Under the pieces are notes generated by a model. It ran no database searches. It saw only the letters and a program-made list of their open reading frames with translations, and was not told where the DNA came from. 64,000 bases of DNA from a virus: the IMG/VR virus record IMGVR_UViG_3300032242_001844. One strand, given 5' to 3'. Of the stretch, positions 27,103 through 36,976 are shown piece by piece. The position numbers and the translations under genes were made by a program. Each line of letters opens with the position of its first letter. Positions within the stretch are counted from its first letter, which is position 1.

Positions 27103-27831
27103 ATGCATATATTAATAAGCGGTGACAGATATGGTCTTGGTGAATGGGCAAATTCTAAAATTGACTCTGTTACAAAAAAAATAGTAAAAGAAAAAAACAT
27201 TTCTCATCGTGGATTAGAAGCGTACTTTCGTAACATTGGGTGCAGCGTAAACAATATATCATCATACTATGCAACAAATTTGGATAGTTATAATGCTATC
27301 AGAGCAGCTTTTCCAATACCTTTTGAGCGTGATCCAGATACGGGAGAAATTAGATATACCCAATGGCTTTATTTCAATGGAAGAAAAGTTCAAAGACATT
27401 TATTAGATGGTGGAACAAAACCAATATATTTTAAATATACTGATAAAGAAGAATTTATGAAAGACTGGCTCAATGAAGAGTTAGATGATCTTTTTTGGTG
27501 GAATAAATCAGTTCCTAGAATTGATACTATTGATTGGGATGCAGAACCTAGAATGACTATTTGGTTTCAATCAGAAACCAATGAACCACTAGATGAAATA
27601 TATAGCAAATTAAACAGCATTTATATGCCTATTCATTGTATAGGCGGTGGTGGTAAATTAGATTTAAATCTTATGAAAAATTACAAATATCTTATTCCAG
27701 TAGTTGAATCATTACACGATTTTTTATCAGATGACATAGTAAATAATTTTACAAAAAACAGTGAACCAAACAGGATTGGTTTTCGTAAACTATTTGATTA
27801 TATAGTTACTAACTTCATGCCTAAAAGTTAA
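27103..27831 (+). CDS. Degenerate SGNH-like hypothetical protein
   Basis: ILISGD, ATN, and C-terminal EPN in place of HPN. Confidence 0.45.
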   Translation: MHILISGDRYGLGEWANSKIDSVTKKIVKEKNISHRGLEAYFRNIGCSVNNISSYYATNLDSYNAIRAAFPIPFERDPDTGEIRYTQWLYFNGRKVQRHLLDGGTKPIYFKYTDKEEFMKDWLNEELDDLFWWNKSVPRIDTIDWDAEPRMTIWFQSETNEPLDEIYSKLNSIYMPIHCIGGGGKLDLNLMKNYKYLIPVVESLHDFLSDDIVNNFTKNSEPNRIGFRKLFDYIVTNFMPKS

Positions 27832-28954
27832 TAATATTACAATTTGGTATTGATAAATTTTTACGCCAAGGATCAATTATGATACTATTAGGAATAAAGT
27901 TATAATCCTTTAACCAATCATGATGATAACTTACAAGATATACAACTGGTTTGCTGCCGCTATATTTGATGTTATTGAGCGGATCATGATAGCTAACTCC
28001 ATCTATATAATGTCCAACAAGCAACGCATAACTTCCATCATTCTGCGCAATGTTTTCCTTAAATCCGCACCCTAATATAACAACTGGCAATCCATAACTA
28101 GATAGCTTATCAGCTAGGTTTTTAGCTTGAATTTCACGGATTTGGCTTAGATTGCCAAACAAATCATAGCCAAGATTAATACTTTGACTAAACCAATTCA
28201 TTGCAATAATATCACGAGGATGGCAAGGGCCACCAACACCCATGCCAGCAGTCATATAGGCTGGTGCGCTTATCTTACGAGTGCAATTAGCTAGACCATC
28301 CGTTACAATATCACTATTCCCATGACCAAGTTTTTGAACCATGTCATGAATTGTGTTAGCAAGTGTGATTTTATAAGTTAAAAATGTATTATAGAATATT
28401 TTTGTAAGTTCAGCATCTTCCCATTCGCCTTCAACAAGATGAACACCTTCACCATTAATACTGCGATAGAATTGCGCTAGTTTAGCACGGTTTGGATTGC
28501 TTGGCTCACCACCTACAATTACAATCTCAGGATTTTCAAAATCTTTGGCAACAGTGCCTTGCGCAATTACAGTTGGATTATATAAAATATTAGGAATGAT
28601 TGTTGCCAATTCACGGCGAGTTGTGCCTGGCATAACAGTGCAAATTACGCATACTTGTTGCACTGGTTCAAGGTATTTTGCAACTTCTGTTAAAACATTT
28701 TTTAATATAGTGTAGTCAAAATCTTTTGGTGGTAAGTGACTGGTAGGATTGCTTCCACTATACTCACTATGGTGTGATGTAGGAACCGCTACAAAAATAA
28801 ATTCACTATTTTTTATAGCATCTTTTATGGTATTGACCACTGGAAATGGTGCTACCACGGTATTAATATCATACCCTATAACCGAATAACTTTTATTAAT
28901 AACTTTGGCTGCTTCTAGTCCAAGTTTACCCAAACCAATCATTGATATTTTCAT
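27821..28954 (-). CDS. ugd: UDP-glucose/GDP-mannose dehydrogenase family
   Basis: GLGKLG, VAVPT, AELTKIFYN, GGPCHPRD, GFKEN. Confidence 0.85.
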   Translation of the reverse strand: MKISMIGLGKLGLEAAKVINKSYSVIGYDINTVVAPFPVVNTIKDAIKNSEFIFVAVPTSHHSEYSGSNPTSHLPPKDFDYTILKNVLTEVAKYLEPVQQVCVICTVMPGTTRRELATIIPNILYNPTVIAQGTVAKDFENPEIVIVGGEPSNPNRAKLAQFYRSINGEGVHLVEGEWEDAELTKIFYNTFLTYKITLANTIHDMVQKLGHGNSDIVTDGLANCTRKISAPAYMTAGMGVGGPCHPRDIIAMNWFSQSINLGYDLFGNLSQIREIQAKNLADKLSSYGLPVVILGCGFKENIAQNDGSYALLVGHYIDGVSYHDPLNNIKYSGSKPVVYLVSYHHDWLKDYNFIPNSIIIDPWRKNLSIPNCNIINF

Positions 28955-28962
28955 GGAAATAT

Positions 28963-29331
28963 TTATTTTACAACAATATCAGTAATTAAAACTTCTTTAA
29001 TGCCACCAAAGCGTACCTTGTTCATCAATGTTTTATTAATAATAGTACATATTTTTTCAGCAAGAATAAGACGATTCTGAACTTTAAATTCTGATTCTTG
29101 GCTTTCACTCAATGTTTCAACAACGGCATTGCGAATTACTAGGTTGTGTTTCTTTACATTGTCATATATGCGTGGCTCGTATTCACTGATTAATGTAAGA
29201 TTTATTTGAACTATTTTTGGTGAACCACTTATAGAAACTAAAAAAGGACTAGGAAATGAATAGTACGAGATATCTTCTGCGTAGGCAGCAGATGCAAACA
29301 ATAAAAATAATATTGTAAACAAAGTTCTCAT
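28963..29331 (-). CDS. fliL: FliL-like flagellar basal-body-associated protein
   Basis: N-terminal signal/TM; YYSFPSPFLVSI, IRNAVVETLS, LAEKI, IKEVLITDIVVK. Confidence 0.65.
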   Translation of the reverse strand: MRTLFTILFLLFASAAYAEDISYYSFPSPFLVSISGSPKIVQINLTLISEYEPRIYDNVKKHNLVIRNAVVETLSESQESEFKVQNRLILAEKICTIINKTLMNKVRFGGIKEVLITDIVVK

Positions 29332-29345
29332 AAGATTATTTACAA

Positions 29346-30507
29346 TCACTCGCCGCCCCAACGCATTGCAATAAATGCCTGATCCGCTTGATCGCCACCA
29401 CGCAGTTCCCAATATGGTTCGCCACTATTAAATCTGTGTATGCAAAGGCAATCTGGATAGTTGTCAGCCATCCACTTCTTAAACTCCCAATTTACGCTGC
29501 CATCTTTGTTATTAAACCACACACTCATATGCCAGCGAGTTGATCCTAATTCATGGACCCTCATTTTAGCCATTACGAAAATCTCATTATAAAAAAAGTA
29601 TAATCTTCTGGTGTATTAAAACGCACAAACCATTGGTCATCCTCACCATCTTCGTCATCGCCAGTATAACGCTGTGCTTTTGCATTAAACTCAGTCAGCA
29701 AAATAACTTCGTTAAAATCGCCTTTACTACGACAATACGCATTGAAATTTCTCCATATAGAATAGGATGTAGATTTTCTGTCTTGCCAATCTTGCGGAAT
29801 CCAAAAACCATTTTTAAAATTTAAATCAATCATGCCGACCATCGTGCTACAAATAATGCCGCTATTTCATCATTAGGAAATGTAATATAATATTTGTGTC
29901 CAGTAAAAGTATCTACTTTCCAATCCCTGCCATATACATAACCTTGCTCTTCCATCCAACGAATAATATCTGGAATTGGATGAAACTGTTCAAACCCAGT
30001 TTCATAATATAACCATTTATGAACCATATCTTTTGGCACTTCAAACATTTTTAATTACCCAATTTAGGTGCTCGTTTTCATCATGCCAACGATATTCAAT
30101 TAACTTACCTGTCCAACCGCTCATGCTGTGTTCCCCATGCATGCCATATTTTAACCAAATGATATTGCCTGATAATTTGCAACGGTGTGGCATAAAGGCA
30201 AACTTGCGTTTCCATATATAAGTTACTGCAATATCGTTTTTTATAGGTTTCATACCCACCTCAGTGCAAAATATAAAATAATACCTTCATCAACGGTGTC
30301 ATCAAACTCGCAAAAAAGCCCAGTGGCAACTCGTTGTCCTTTGGGTGTCATTGTTGAATGTTTAAGTCTCCAATGCACACCCTCTGGCATACGGTCTAGA
30401 CCTTCAGTTATGAGTCCGCCATTGGTGACTGGACCAACATTGCGTTCCAGCCATTCTATAACTTTGGTTAAATTGTGCGTTTGATCAATTACTATTACAC
30501 GACTCAT
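29346..30507 (-). CDS. Cluster of five small hypothetical proteins (29346-29573, 29573-29842, 29830-30048, 30041-30259, 30250-30507)
   Basis: Coupled ORFs; most end in F-x-x-R-W/F. Confidence 0.6.
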
Positions 30508-30521
30508 ATCATTATTATAAC

Positions 30522-31901
30522 TTAAAGGTCATAACTGTCAAGTGCTATTTTTAAATTGGTAAAATTTATATGTGGAATATATTTGTTATAAATGTATTCA
30601 GAAACTTCTCTATTTTTTATAAACCTATCAATATTTTTTTGCTTATATGCAACACAATCTTCTAAACTCCACTGACAAATTTTCTCTAATTGGTCTATAA
30701 CTAATTTTATTCTAGTCATTGGGTCGGATTCATTATCATAGCTATGATCTATAATATCATCAAACAAATCAAATCCTAATTCTCTTATTGCAGATAAACT
30801 TCCTTGCATAGTATTAAATATCGGAACTTGTCCCCATATAAAAGGTTTAGTACTTTTCTCTGTAATAAACGGAACATTCCATGTTCGTGGATTAATATCA
30901 TAATCAAAACTTGTTTCGTGCACAAGATTAACAAATGCGTGAGTCAAGCGTACATCTTCGCCCCTCCATTGCAAATGGTGTGTTCCATGTGCTATCGTTC
31001 CATCGATTATCAATGGCATACGATCTTTGTGCCGTTCTGGAACCATCCGCAAATCAAAATTTTCATTGCTATCATTATACCATCCGCTTCCTAAACTTAT
31101 ATGACCAAACTTATCTAATTTACGATCTAATATTTCAACTGTTGCATAAATTCTATGTGGTCTGGCAATTCTAGCTAAACTAACATAATGATATAACGGA
31201 TCATATGTTGCTAATGTTTTTCCAAATGAGAAATCGTGTATTGCGCAGATTAAATTGTTAACATGTTTTATTCTTTTATCGTTTTGATATTGTGCACCAC
31301 TATAAATCATAATATTTTCAAGTGGTATATCATACAATTCCGATATACAATCACAAAACCCATTTAGATTATATTTGTAAGTAGGTGCTTCATATATCGC
31401 GTTGATTAAGACTATAAATTTTTTTCCAGAATTATCACATTTATTTTTAAATTCTTTTATTTTTAATAATAACCCTTGGTGATTTTCTATTAATTGACTA
31501 TGAGATTTGTTACAAATATCAATAAAATTTGTAATAAAAACAAATTTGCCGTTCATATCGATTTGATTTAGTAAACTAAGTGTGACTCTAGTACTATTAG
31601 ATTCATCATATGCATAATATTTTTCAGTTTCGTTTTCTGTATAGTCTAGTATTTTTTGATAGGTAGCATATCCTGCAGCGGCTTTGTTTGGAGCAATGCC
31701 TATCTTTGCTGGAAAGATACTATTATTATTTTCTATGTTGATTATTATTGGCTTGTTAAATTTTTCAGGATCAACTAATTCTAAAGTTTCTTTTAATGTT
31801 TTGTTTTCTTTTATTATTTGTTGTATATATTCTATGCAGTCCCAATAAAAAGGGTCTTGTGTTTTTTTTGCAATAGCATTTATTTTTTCTAAAAAATCCA
31901 T
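30522..31901 (-). CDS. GT-B/GT10-like protein
   Basis: ARPHR, HETS, ITEKSTKP, FDDIIDHSYD; start refined to MDFLEK after a terminator and TAAATA-N5. Confidence 0.6.
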   Translation of the reverse strand: MDFLEKINAIAKKTQDPFYWDCIEYIQQIIKENKTLKETLELVDPEKFNKPIIINIENNNSIFPAKIGIAPNKAAAGYATYQKILDYTENETEKYYAYDESNSTRVTLSLLNQIDMNGKFVFITNFIDICNKSHSQLIENHQGLLLKIKEFKNKCDNSGKKFIVLINAIYEAPTYKYNLNGFCDCISELYDIPLENIMIYSGAQYQNDKRIKHVNNLICAIHDFSFGKTLATYDPLYHYVSLARIARPHRIYATVEILDRKLDKFGHISLGSGWYNDSNENFDLRMVPERHKDRMPLIIDGTIAHGTHHLQWRGEDVRLTHAFVNLVHETSFDYDINPRTWNVPFITEKSTKPFIWGQVPIFNTMQGSLSAIRELGFDLFDDIIDHSYDNESDPMTRIKLVIDQLEKICQWSLEDCVAYKQKNIDRFIKNREVSEYIYNKYIPHINFTNLKIALDSYDL

Positions 31902-31914
31902 GAAAGTATTTACA

Positions 31915-31938
31915 TAAAAATAAACCCCCTTTCGGGGG
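31915..31938 (-). terminator. Intrinsic terminator
   Basis: CCCCC-GAAA-GGGGG-TTTATTTTT. Confidence 0.75.
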
Positions 31939-31944
31939 ATTATT

Positions 31945-33308
31945 TTACCATTCTTGAACTGAGAGAATATCTTGCGGTCGAAAACCCATTTGGTTTTGTT
32001 CAAACCTGATACAAGCTACCTCAAAATTCCTAGCGATGCAATCAAATACACCGCCGCATTCCATCTTAAACACAAACCGCTTCATTTTATTAAACCTTTA
32101 CTTTTGAGAAAAAACTACCAAGAACGAGCGATGCAAGCCAAGTTTGAAAATTCATAGGAATATTCAAAGCAGGAAACATTGTATCTAACGCCCAAATCGT
32201 AATGAGTGGACCAGCGATAACAAGAATTACGACAAACACAATCCATCCAACTACGCCAACAGTTTCTTTAATAAGATTAGCCATTATTATACTCCCTTTA
32301 CCATCATTGCATCATCATACCGTTCAAGGGCATGACCAAGTTCTTCATACATGGCACGATCAAGATTATCTGCGTGGTCACGCAAGTCACGCTCCAACCC
32401 CTCAATGTCAAGCATCAAGGTATATTCACTGCCCTTGCGATTAACATGGTTTTTGAGAATATCGGAAATACGATCTGCGAGAGAAACTGCTTCATTGACA
32501 TTCATAGGAAATCTCCATTGCTTATGTTCTTACAATAGCATGTATTTTTAGATTGTCAAGCGATAATTTTGCTTTTTTTACCACTGTAATCGCTATAAAG
32601 TTTAACACCACGCTTACGAATAATATCCACGATTCCTTGTGGGTCATCATCAAAGCACTGACGCAGATCGTCTTCGCCTAAATCTTCACTACAATCCATC
32701 GCATAAATTTCATATACTCGCTGTGAATTAAACCGTGCTCGTAGTGCCATATAAGTTAATATATGATCTACTTTGCTAGGCACGATTGCGCCATGCATAA
32801 CAGCATCAATCAACTGTTGATCTTCGTACTGTGTAATGGGGACTAGGCTGTCAAGTCCCTCGTTACACCACATAAAAATGTAAGCATTTGTAGTCATTGG
32901 TTATCCAATCAGTTGATAAGGGCTGTTCCACTTGCCGATATTGACATCAACATACCATCCAATATCATAGTAATCCGATTGGACATCGCTACGGTCATGA
33001 TTGCCATCATTCATGGCAGTCAAGATTTCCGACAAAAACTTCTTGGCAACACCGCTGAAATGGTCTTGATACCAATAAGGGTTAATGTCAATATGATTGG
33101 TTGCTGGCGAACCAAGACGGAAACCGCCAGGTTGATTACCAACCGTGTCATTGTAGTTGGCGATGAAATCAATAGTACCGCTCTTGACATTCAGGACAAG
33201 GGTCATATGATTTGAGACCGCTAATGAGCCTTTTATGCCGTATTTGACGAGGATTTTCTTAACCGTAGGGGCAATCTTGGACTTCTTTTCCTGTGACATA
33301 TAAGCCAT
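31945..33308 (-). CDS. Early small hypothetical proteins (31945-32085, 32090-32284, 32287-32505, 32556-32897, 32901-33308)
   Basis: GGAG RBSs and sigma70 promoters upstream. Confidence 0.6.
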
Positions 33309-33337
33309 TACCGTTCTCCATCAGTTGACTATAATTT

Positions 33338-33365
33338 AATATAACACAGGTTTAGAGACTGTCAA
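33338..33365 (-). promoter_or_regulatory. Early sigma70-type promoter (representative of a repeated class)
   Basis: TTGACA-N16-TATATT with TG extension; similar sites near 9460, 9955, 14715, 14990, 18725, 32555, 33620, 37800, 38515, 38560 and 44070. Confidence 0.7.
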
Positions 33366-33373
33366 GCATTTTT

Positions 33374-33568
33374 TTAATCTTTTATTTCGGGAATTAAACT
33401 TTTTTTACGGGGTCTGCCCCACTGGGATTTTTGGTCGGCTGGTTCTGTGCGCTGACCAGTAGGAATTTTGGTAATGGTACCACCACGGGCAATAAATTCT
33501 GACACGGCATCCGCCGCTTGTTGATCTATAGTACGACCATTTTCGTCCGTGCGTTGGTTGCTTGCCAT
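33374..33568 (-). CDS. SutA-like RNAP-binding-domain small protein
   Basis: AVSEFIARGGTITKIPTG resembles the F(L/I)xxGGxI motif. Confidence 0.5.
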   Translation of the reverse strand: MASNQRTDENGRTIDQQAADAVSEFIARGGTITKIPTGQRTEPADQKSQWGRPRKKSLIPEIKD

Positions 33569-33626
33569 TATTTTTCCTGTCTTGTTGGTAGTTTATTACT
33601 ATAACATATGTATATTTAATGTCAAT

Positions 33627-34517
33627 TTATTTCTTGGCAATGTCATATTGTTGAAGATTTCGTCCTTTTATAATGCTAGCTAATTGAACTGGATATGCGC
33701 CCTTAGTATCGGCATATTTTTTCAATCCTCCGACCAACGCTAACCCAGTGATTGGTTTGCCTTTTTGACGCATCTGTGCACGATTGTTACGAAAATCTTC
33801 ATATGCATCGTGAGTATTAAGGTTATGCATATACTCGCTTATGCTATCTTCTGGTCTATCAAATGCACGATATCGTTCACCTTGTGGTCCTTCTACACCG
33901 CCAGTTTTAGCCCATGATTTTTGACCAAAAAACACATTGCCTTTCTGTGTTTTTTCATCTTGTCCCCATTGACTTTCTATAGCTGCTTGTGCTATTGCAA
34001 GACTTGTGGGAATTATATCAACTTTCTTTAAAAGATCAGGTATGTTATCTTCGTCATATTTGTCAGCCAACCCGTTTAACCATGCATTTTCTTCTTTATT
34101 AAGTTTCTTGCCGCTGCGAATAATTTTTACAAAATGAATTAAACGATTTCTTTCTGCTGTTATTTTTGCATTTTCACTTGTGATTAGCGGTGCCACTGTC
34201 TTTATAAATGTATGGACTCTTTGATCTACAGTCATTTTATCAATGTCAGTTAACCCTTTTGGAAAATTAGGATTAACTCGTTTCTCTGCTTTTTCAGGTT
34301 CGGTTTGCGGTGCAGTAGTTGCTTTGGTGTCGGTTTGTGTATCTTGTTGCTTTTGTGCAACACTTGTAGTTGGTTCGGGTAATTTTGGTGCATTTAGTGC
34401 AGAATACCCGCCTAAACCTAGTCCACCAGCAACTGCACCTGCTGCCGCAAGGCGTTTTAGTCTATCTGCAATCGGTCCTTCAACTAAATCTTCATCATAT
34501 AATTCATTTAAGCGCAT
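33627..34517 (-). CDS. GH73 glucosaminidase (Bax-like) peptidoglycan hydrolase
   Basis: LAIAQAAIESQWG, NVFFG, YMHNLNTH.AY..FR, YA motifs. Confidence 0.85.
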   Translation of the reverse strand: MRLNELYDEDLVEGPIADRLKRLAAAGAVAGGLGLGGYSALNAPKLPEPTTSVAQKQQDTQTDTKATTAPQTEPEKAEKRVNPNFPKGLTDIDKMTVDQRVHTFIKTVAPLITSENAKITAERNRLIHFVKIIRSGKKLNKEENAWLNGLADKYDEDNIPDLLKKVDIIPTSLAIAQAAIESQWGQDEKTQKGNVFFGQKSWAKTGGVEGPQGERYRAFDRPEDSISEYMHNLNTHDAYEDFRNNRAQMRQKGKPITGLALVGGLKKYADTKGAYPVQLASIIKGRNLQQYDIAKK

Positions 34518-34752
34518 AAAATATTTATTGATTTTTTAGCTATTTTATAATATAGTCAGTTTTGTAAGCTAAATATCTATGCTTCCAAATCAAGTGGGTA
34601 TTGGAGCATGGCGACGATACTGTCAAATTAAACCTGTGGAGTAAAAACCAAGCGTTGCCTCAACAAATATTTTTAGAAATATTGGTTGAAAAAATTAGAC
34701 AAAACTCGTTGTCTATGATATAACCATTCTTATTGAAAAAGGAAAATACAAA

Positions 34753-35391
34753 ATGAAGACTTTTATTACGACTACTATGGCACTATTAGCACTTACTGTT
34801 GCAGCAAGCGCAACTGATCTACCAAGCAAGAAGAGTGTTCCTACTCCTCCTGTAGCGGCTGCTGCTCCTGTTGCTGCAAGTGCTGACAGCTTGTCAGTCA
34901 GCTATGGTCAAGACCTTGGCAACAACTTTGGTGCAAAGGTTGACGATGCATACGGCGTAACCTACAAGCACAGTCTTGGCGGTGGTTTCTCTGTAGGCGG
35001 TGTTGCAAGCACTACTCAAGTTGCTAACACACTTCTCAAGCAGAACCTTGAAGTTCAGGCTGGCTATGCACTTCCTGCATTTTCTGGCGTAACTGTCAGT
35101 GGTAAGGTTGGTGTTGGTGAGCGTTTCACTACTACCAACTTCCCATACTATGCACTTTATGGTGCAGCAGACTATAAGCTAATGGACGGTCTAACCCTTA
35201 ATGCTATTAGCTATCGTTATCGTAATGCATTTGACACTACAAATTCTTACGAAAGCCATCGTCTTGGAACTGGTGTAACTTATGACATCACTTCAAACTA
35301 TTCAGTTGGTGTAAGTGTAACTCGTAGTTATGATAGCACTTGGAATGCAACTGGTGACGCTGTAACTGGTGCTCTTACAGTTAAGTTCTAA
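34753..35391 (+). CDS. Outer-membrane beta-barrel protein (Omp25/RopB-like leader)
   Basis: Signal peptide followed by ATDLPSKK..P, alternating beta strands, C-terminal Phe. Confidence 0.8.
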   Translation: MKTFITTTMALLALTVAASATDLPSKKSVPTPPVAAAAPVAASADSLSVSYGQDLGNNFGAKVDDAYGVTYKHSLGGGFSVGGVASTTQVANTLLKQNLEVQAGYALPAFSGVTVSGKVGVGERFTTTNFPYYALYGAADYKLMDGLTLNAISYRYRNAFDTTNSYESHRLGTGVTYDITSNYSVGVSVTRSYDSTWNATGDAVTGALTVKF

Positions 35392-35413
35392 TCTTTAGAA
35401 CATATATAAGATT

Positions 35414-35440
35414 AAGGCGGGAATTTTTCCCGCCTTTTTT
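35414..35440. terminator. Intrinsic terminator between convergent genes
   Basis: AAGGCGGGA-N5-TCCCGCCTT-TTTT. Confidence 0.85.
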
Positions 35441-36968
35441 ATTGTGGCGGTAATGCCATAAGTTTTTTTATATAATTTGTATCATACTCTTTAATCATTT
35501 TAAAAATATCATAGTCGTTCCAGATATCACCTGATGTTTTTGTTAACAGTGCTTCTTCTGGTATGCCTAAGTTGATATACTGTGAATATCCAAAACTGCC
35601 CATTCTTTGATTTTTTCTTTTTTGATTTTTATCACTTTCTTTCATAGAGTTATGTAAAGTTTCTATTTTCCTACACCATTTTTCATCTAAATCTTTGTCT
35701 TTCATCGACCAATATACTTTCCCATTCTGATCAACTTTAAATTCATAACCCCGCTGGTCAAATGTTATATCAAAATCGCTAAGATAAAATGCTCTAGATT
35801 TAAACTCTTTTGGACTTAATCTCAAATGATGTAATGCATTTTCATTAAACGGATTTTCATCGCTGTATATCCATTTGATAAATTTTAAAATACTTTGTTT
35901 TGTTTCGCTTGGAAATCCTATTATCCATCCGCTATGTGTAAGTATATCTTTCCACTTGTCTTCTTTTAAATTGTGCATAAAATCAACTAACAGTTGTGGA
36001 TTTGTTCCCTTGCCAATAAGCTTTGCTGCAACTGGATCAAGTGTTTCTACGCCACATACTGCAGATTTTAGTCCACTTTCACGCAATATGTCCACAGTTT
36101 CTGGAAAACGGTGTACTAAGTCTAGCCTGATATATGAAGTAAAAGTAATCTTAAACGGCAATCTGCTAAAAATTTTATTATGTAAATCTGTTATTTTTTG
36201 TACGCTATCGTTATAAGTATCATCACTGAACATATAATGTGTTACGCCAAATTTTTCATAATTATAAACAAATTCATCGTATAAAATACTATAATCTTTT
36301 ATAAAATCGCCTTTATTTTTTCCATTTAGTGGAAAACTACAAAATTTACATTTAAAAATACATCCTCGTGTTATCTCAATTGGTAACGCTTTTTCTCCAT
36401 TGAATACATCGCGTTCGGTATAATGTAATCTTGAGTTGCAAAAATTTTTAAATTCATAATTTTTAATAATGCTTGGTGGTTCAAAATTTTTATCTTGGGC
36501 AAGGCTATTTGTAAAGTCAACTATTTCTTTGTCTACATGTCCTTGAAAATGAGTAAATCCAAAATCAGAAAAGTCAAATAATCTAACGCCGCCAGTAATA
36601 AATTTTATGTTAGGATTTAATGTGCGACAAAAATTTATAAAATTTTTTATATTTTTATCATAATCTGGATTTTGTTTTTTATATACAAGATGTTCTATTT
36701 CCGTTTCAAAATAAGGATACCCCCATATTTCCCAAAAAAAATTTAAACTAAACCCAATCCATAAAGTTTCTTTGTCAATGAATTTTTTTAATATCTGTTT
36801 AACCATGCCATTGAAATCTTGCAGATGACTGATATCAATAACTTGAACGGTGTACCCTGCTTCGCGCAATTCAGTTGCTATACGATATGGGCCAGCGGTT
36901 TTAAATACTGGTACCAAAGTTTCTTTGCTATGCACTAATCCACTTAAAATTACACAGTTTGTAGACAT
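35439..36968 (-). CDS. B12-binding-type radical SAM protein
   Basis: TRGCIFKCKFC, DDT, GVET, IIGFP. Confidence 0.85.
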   Translation of the reverse strand: MSTNCVILSGLVHSKETLVPVFKTAGPYRIATELREAGYTVQVIDISHLQDFNGMVKQILKKFIDKETLWIGFSLNFFWEIWGYPYFETEIEHLVYKKQNPDYDKNIKNFINFCRTLNPNIKFITGGVRLFDFSDFGFTHFQGHVDKEIVDFTNSLAQDKNFEPPSIIKNYEFKNFCNSRLHYTERDVFNGEKALPIEITRGCIFKCKFCSFPLNGKNKGDFIKDYSILYDEFVYNYEKFGVTHYMFSDDTYNDSVQKITDLHNKIFSRLPFKITFTSYIRLDLVHRFPETVDILRESGLKSAVCGVETLDPVAAKLIGKGTNPQLLVDFMHNLKEDKWKDILTHSGWIIGFPSETKQSILKFIKWIYSDENPFNENALHHLRLSPKEFKSRAFYLSDFDITFDQRGYEFKVDQNGKVYWSMKDKDLDEKWCRKIETLHNSMKESDKNQKRKNQRMGSFGYSQYINLGIPEEALLTKTSGDIWNDYDIFKMIKEYDTNYIKKLMALPPQ

Positions 36969-36976
36969 ACTAATAC

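Noticed and set aside
31902-32003. N-terminal extension of ORF 30522-32003
   Set aside because: It contains an intrinsic terminator, and a better start with TAAATA lies at 31901.
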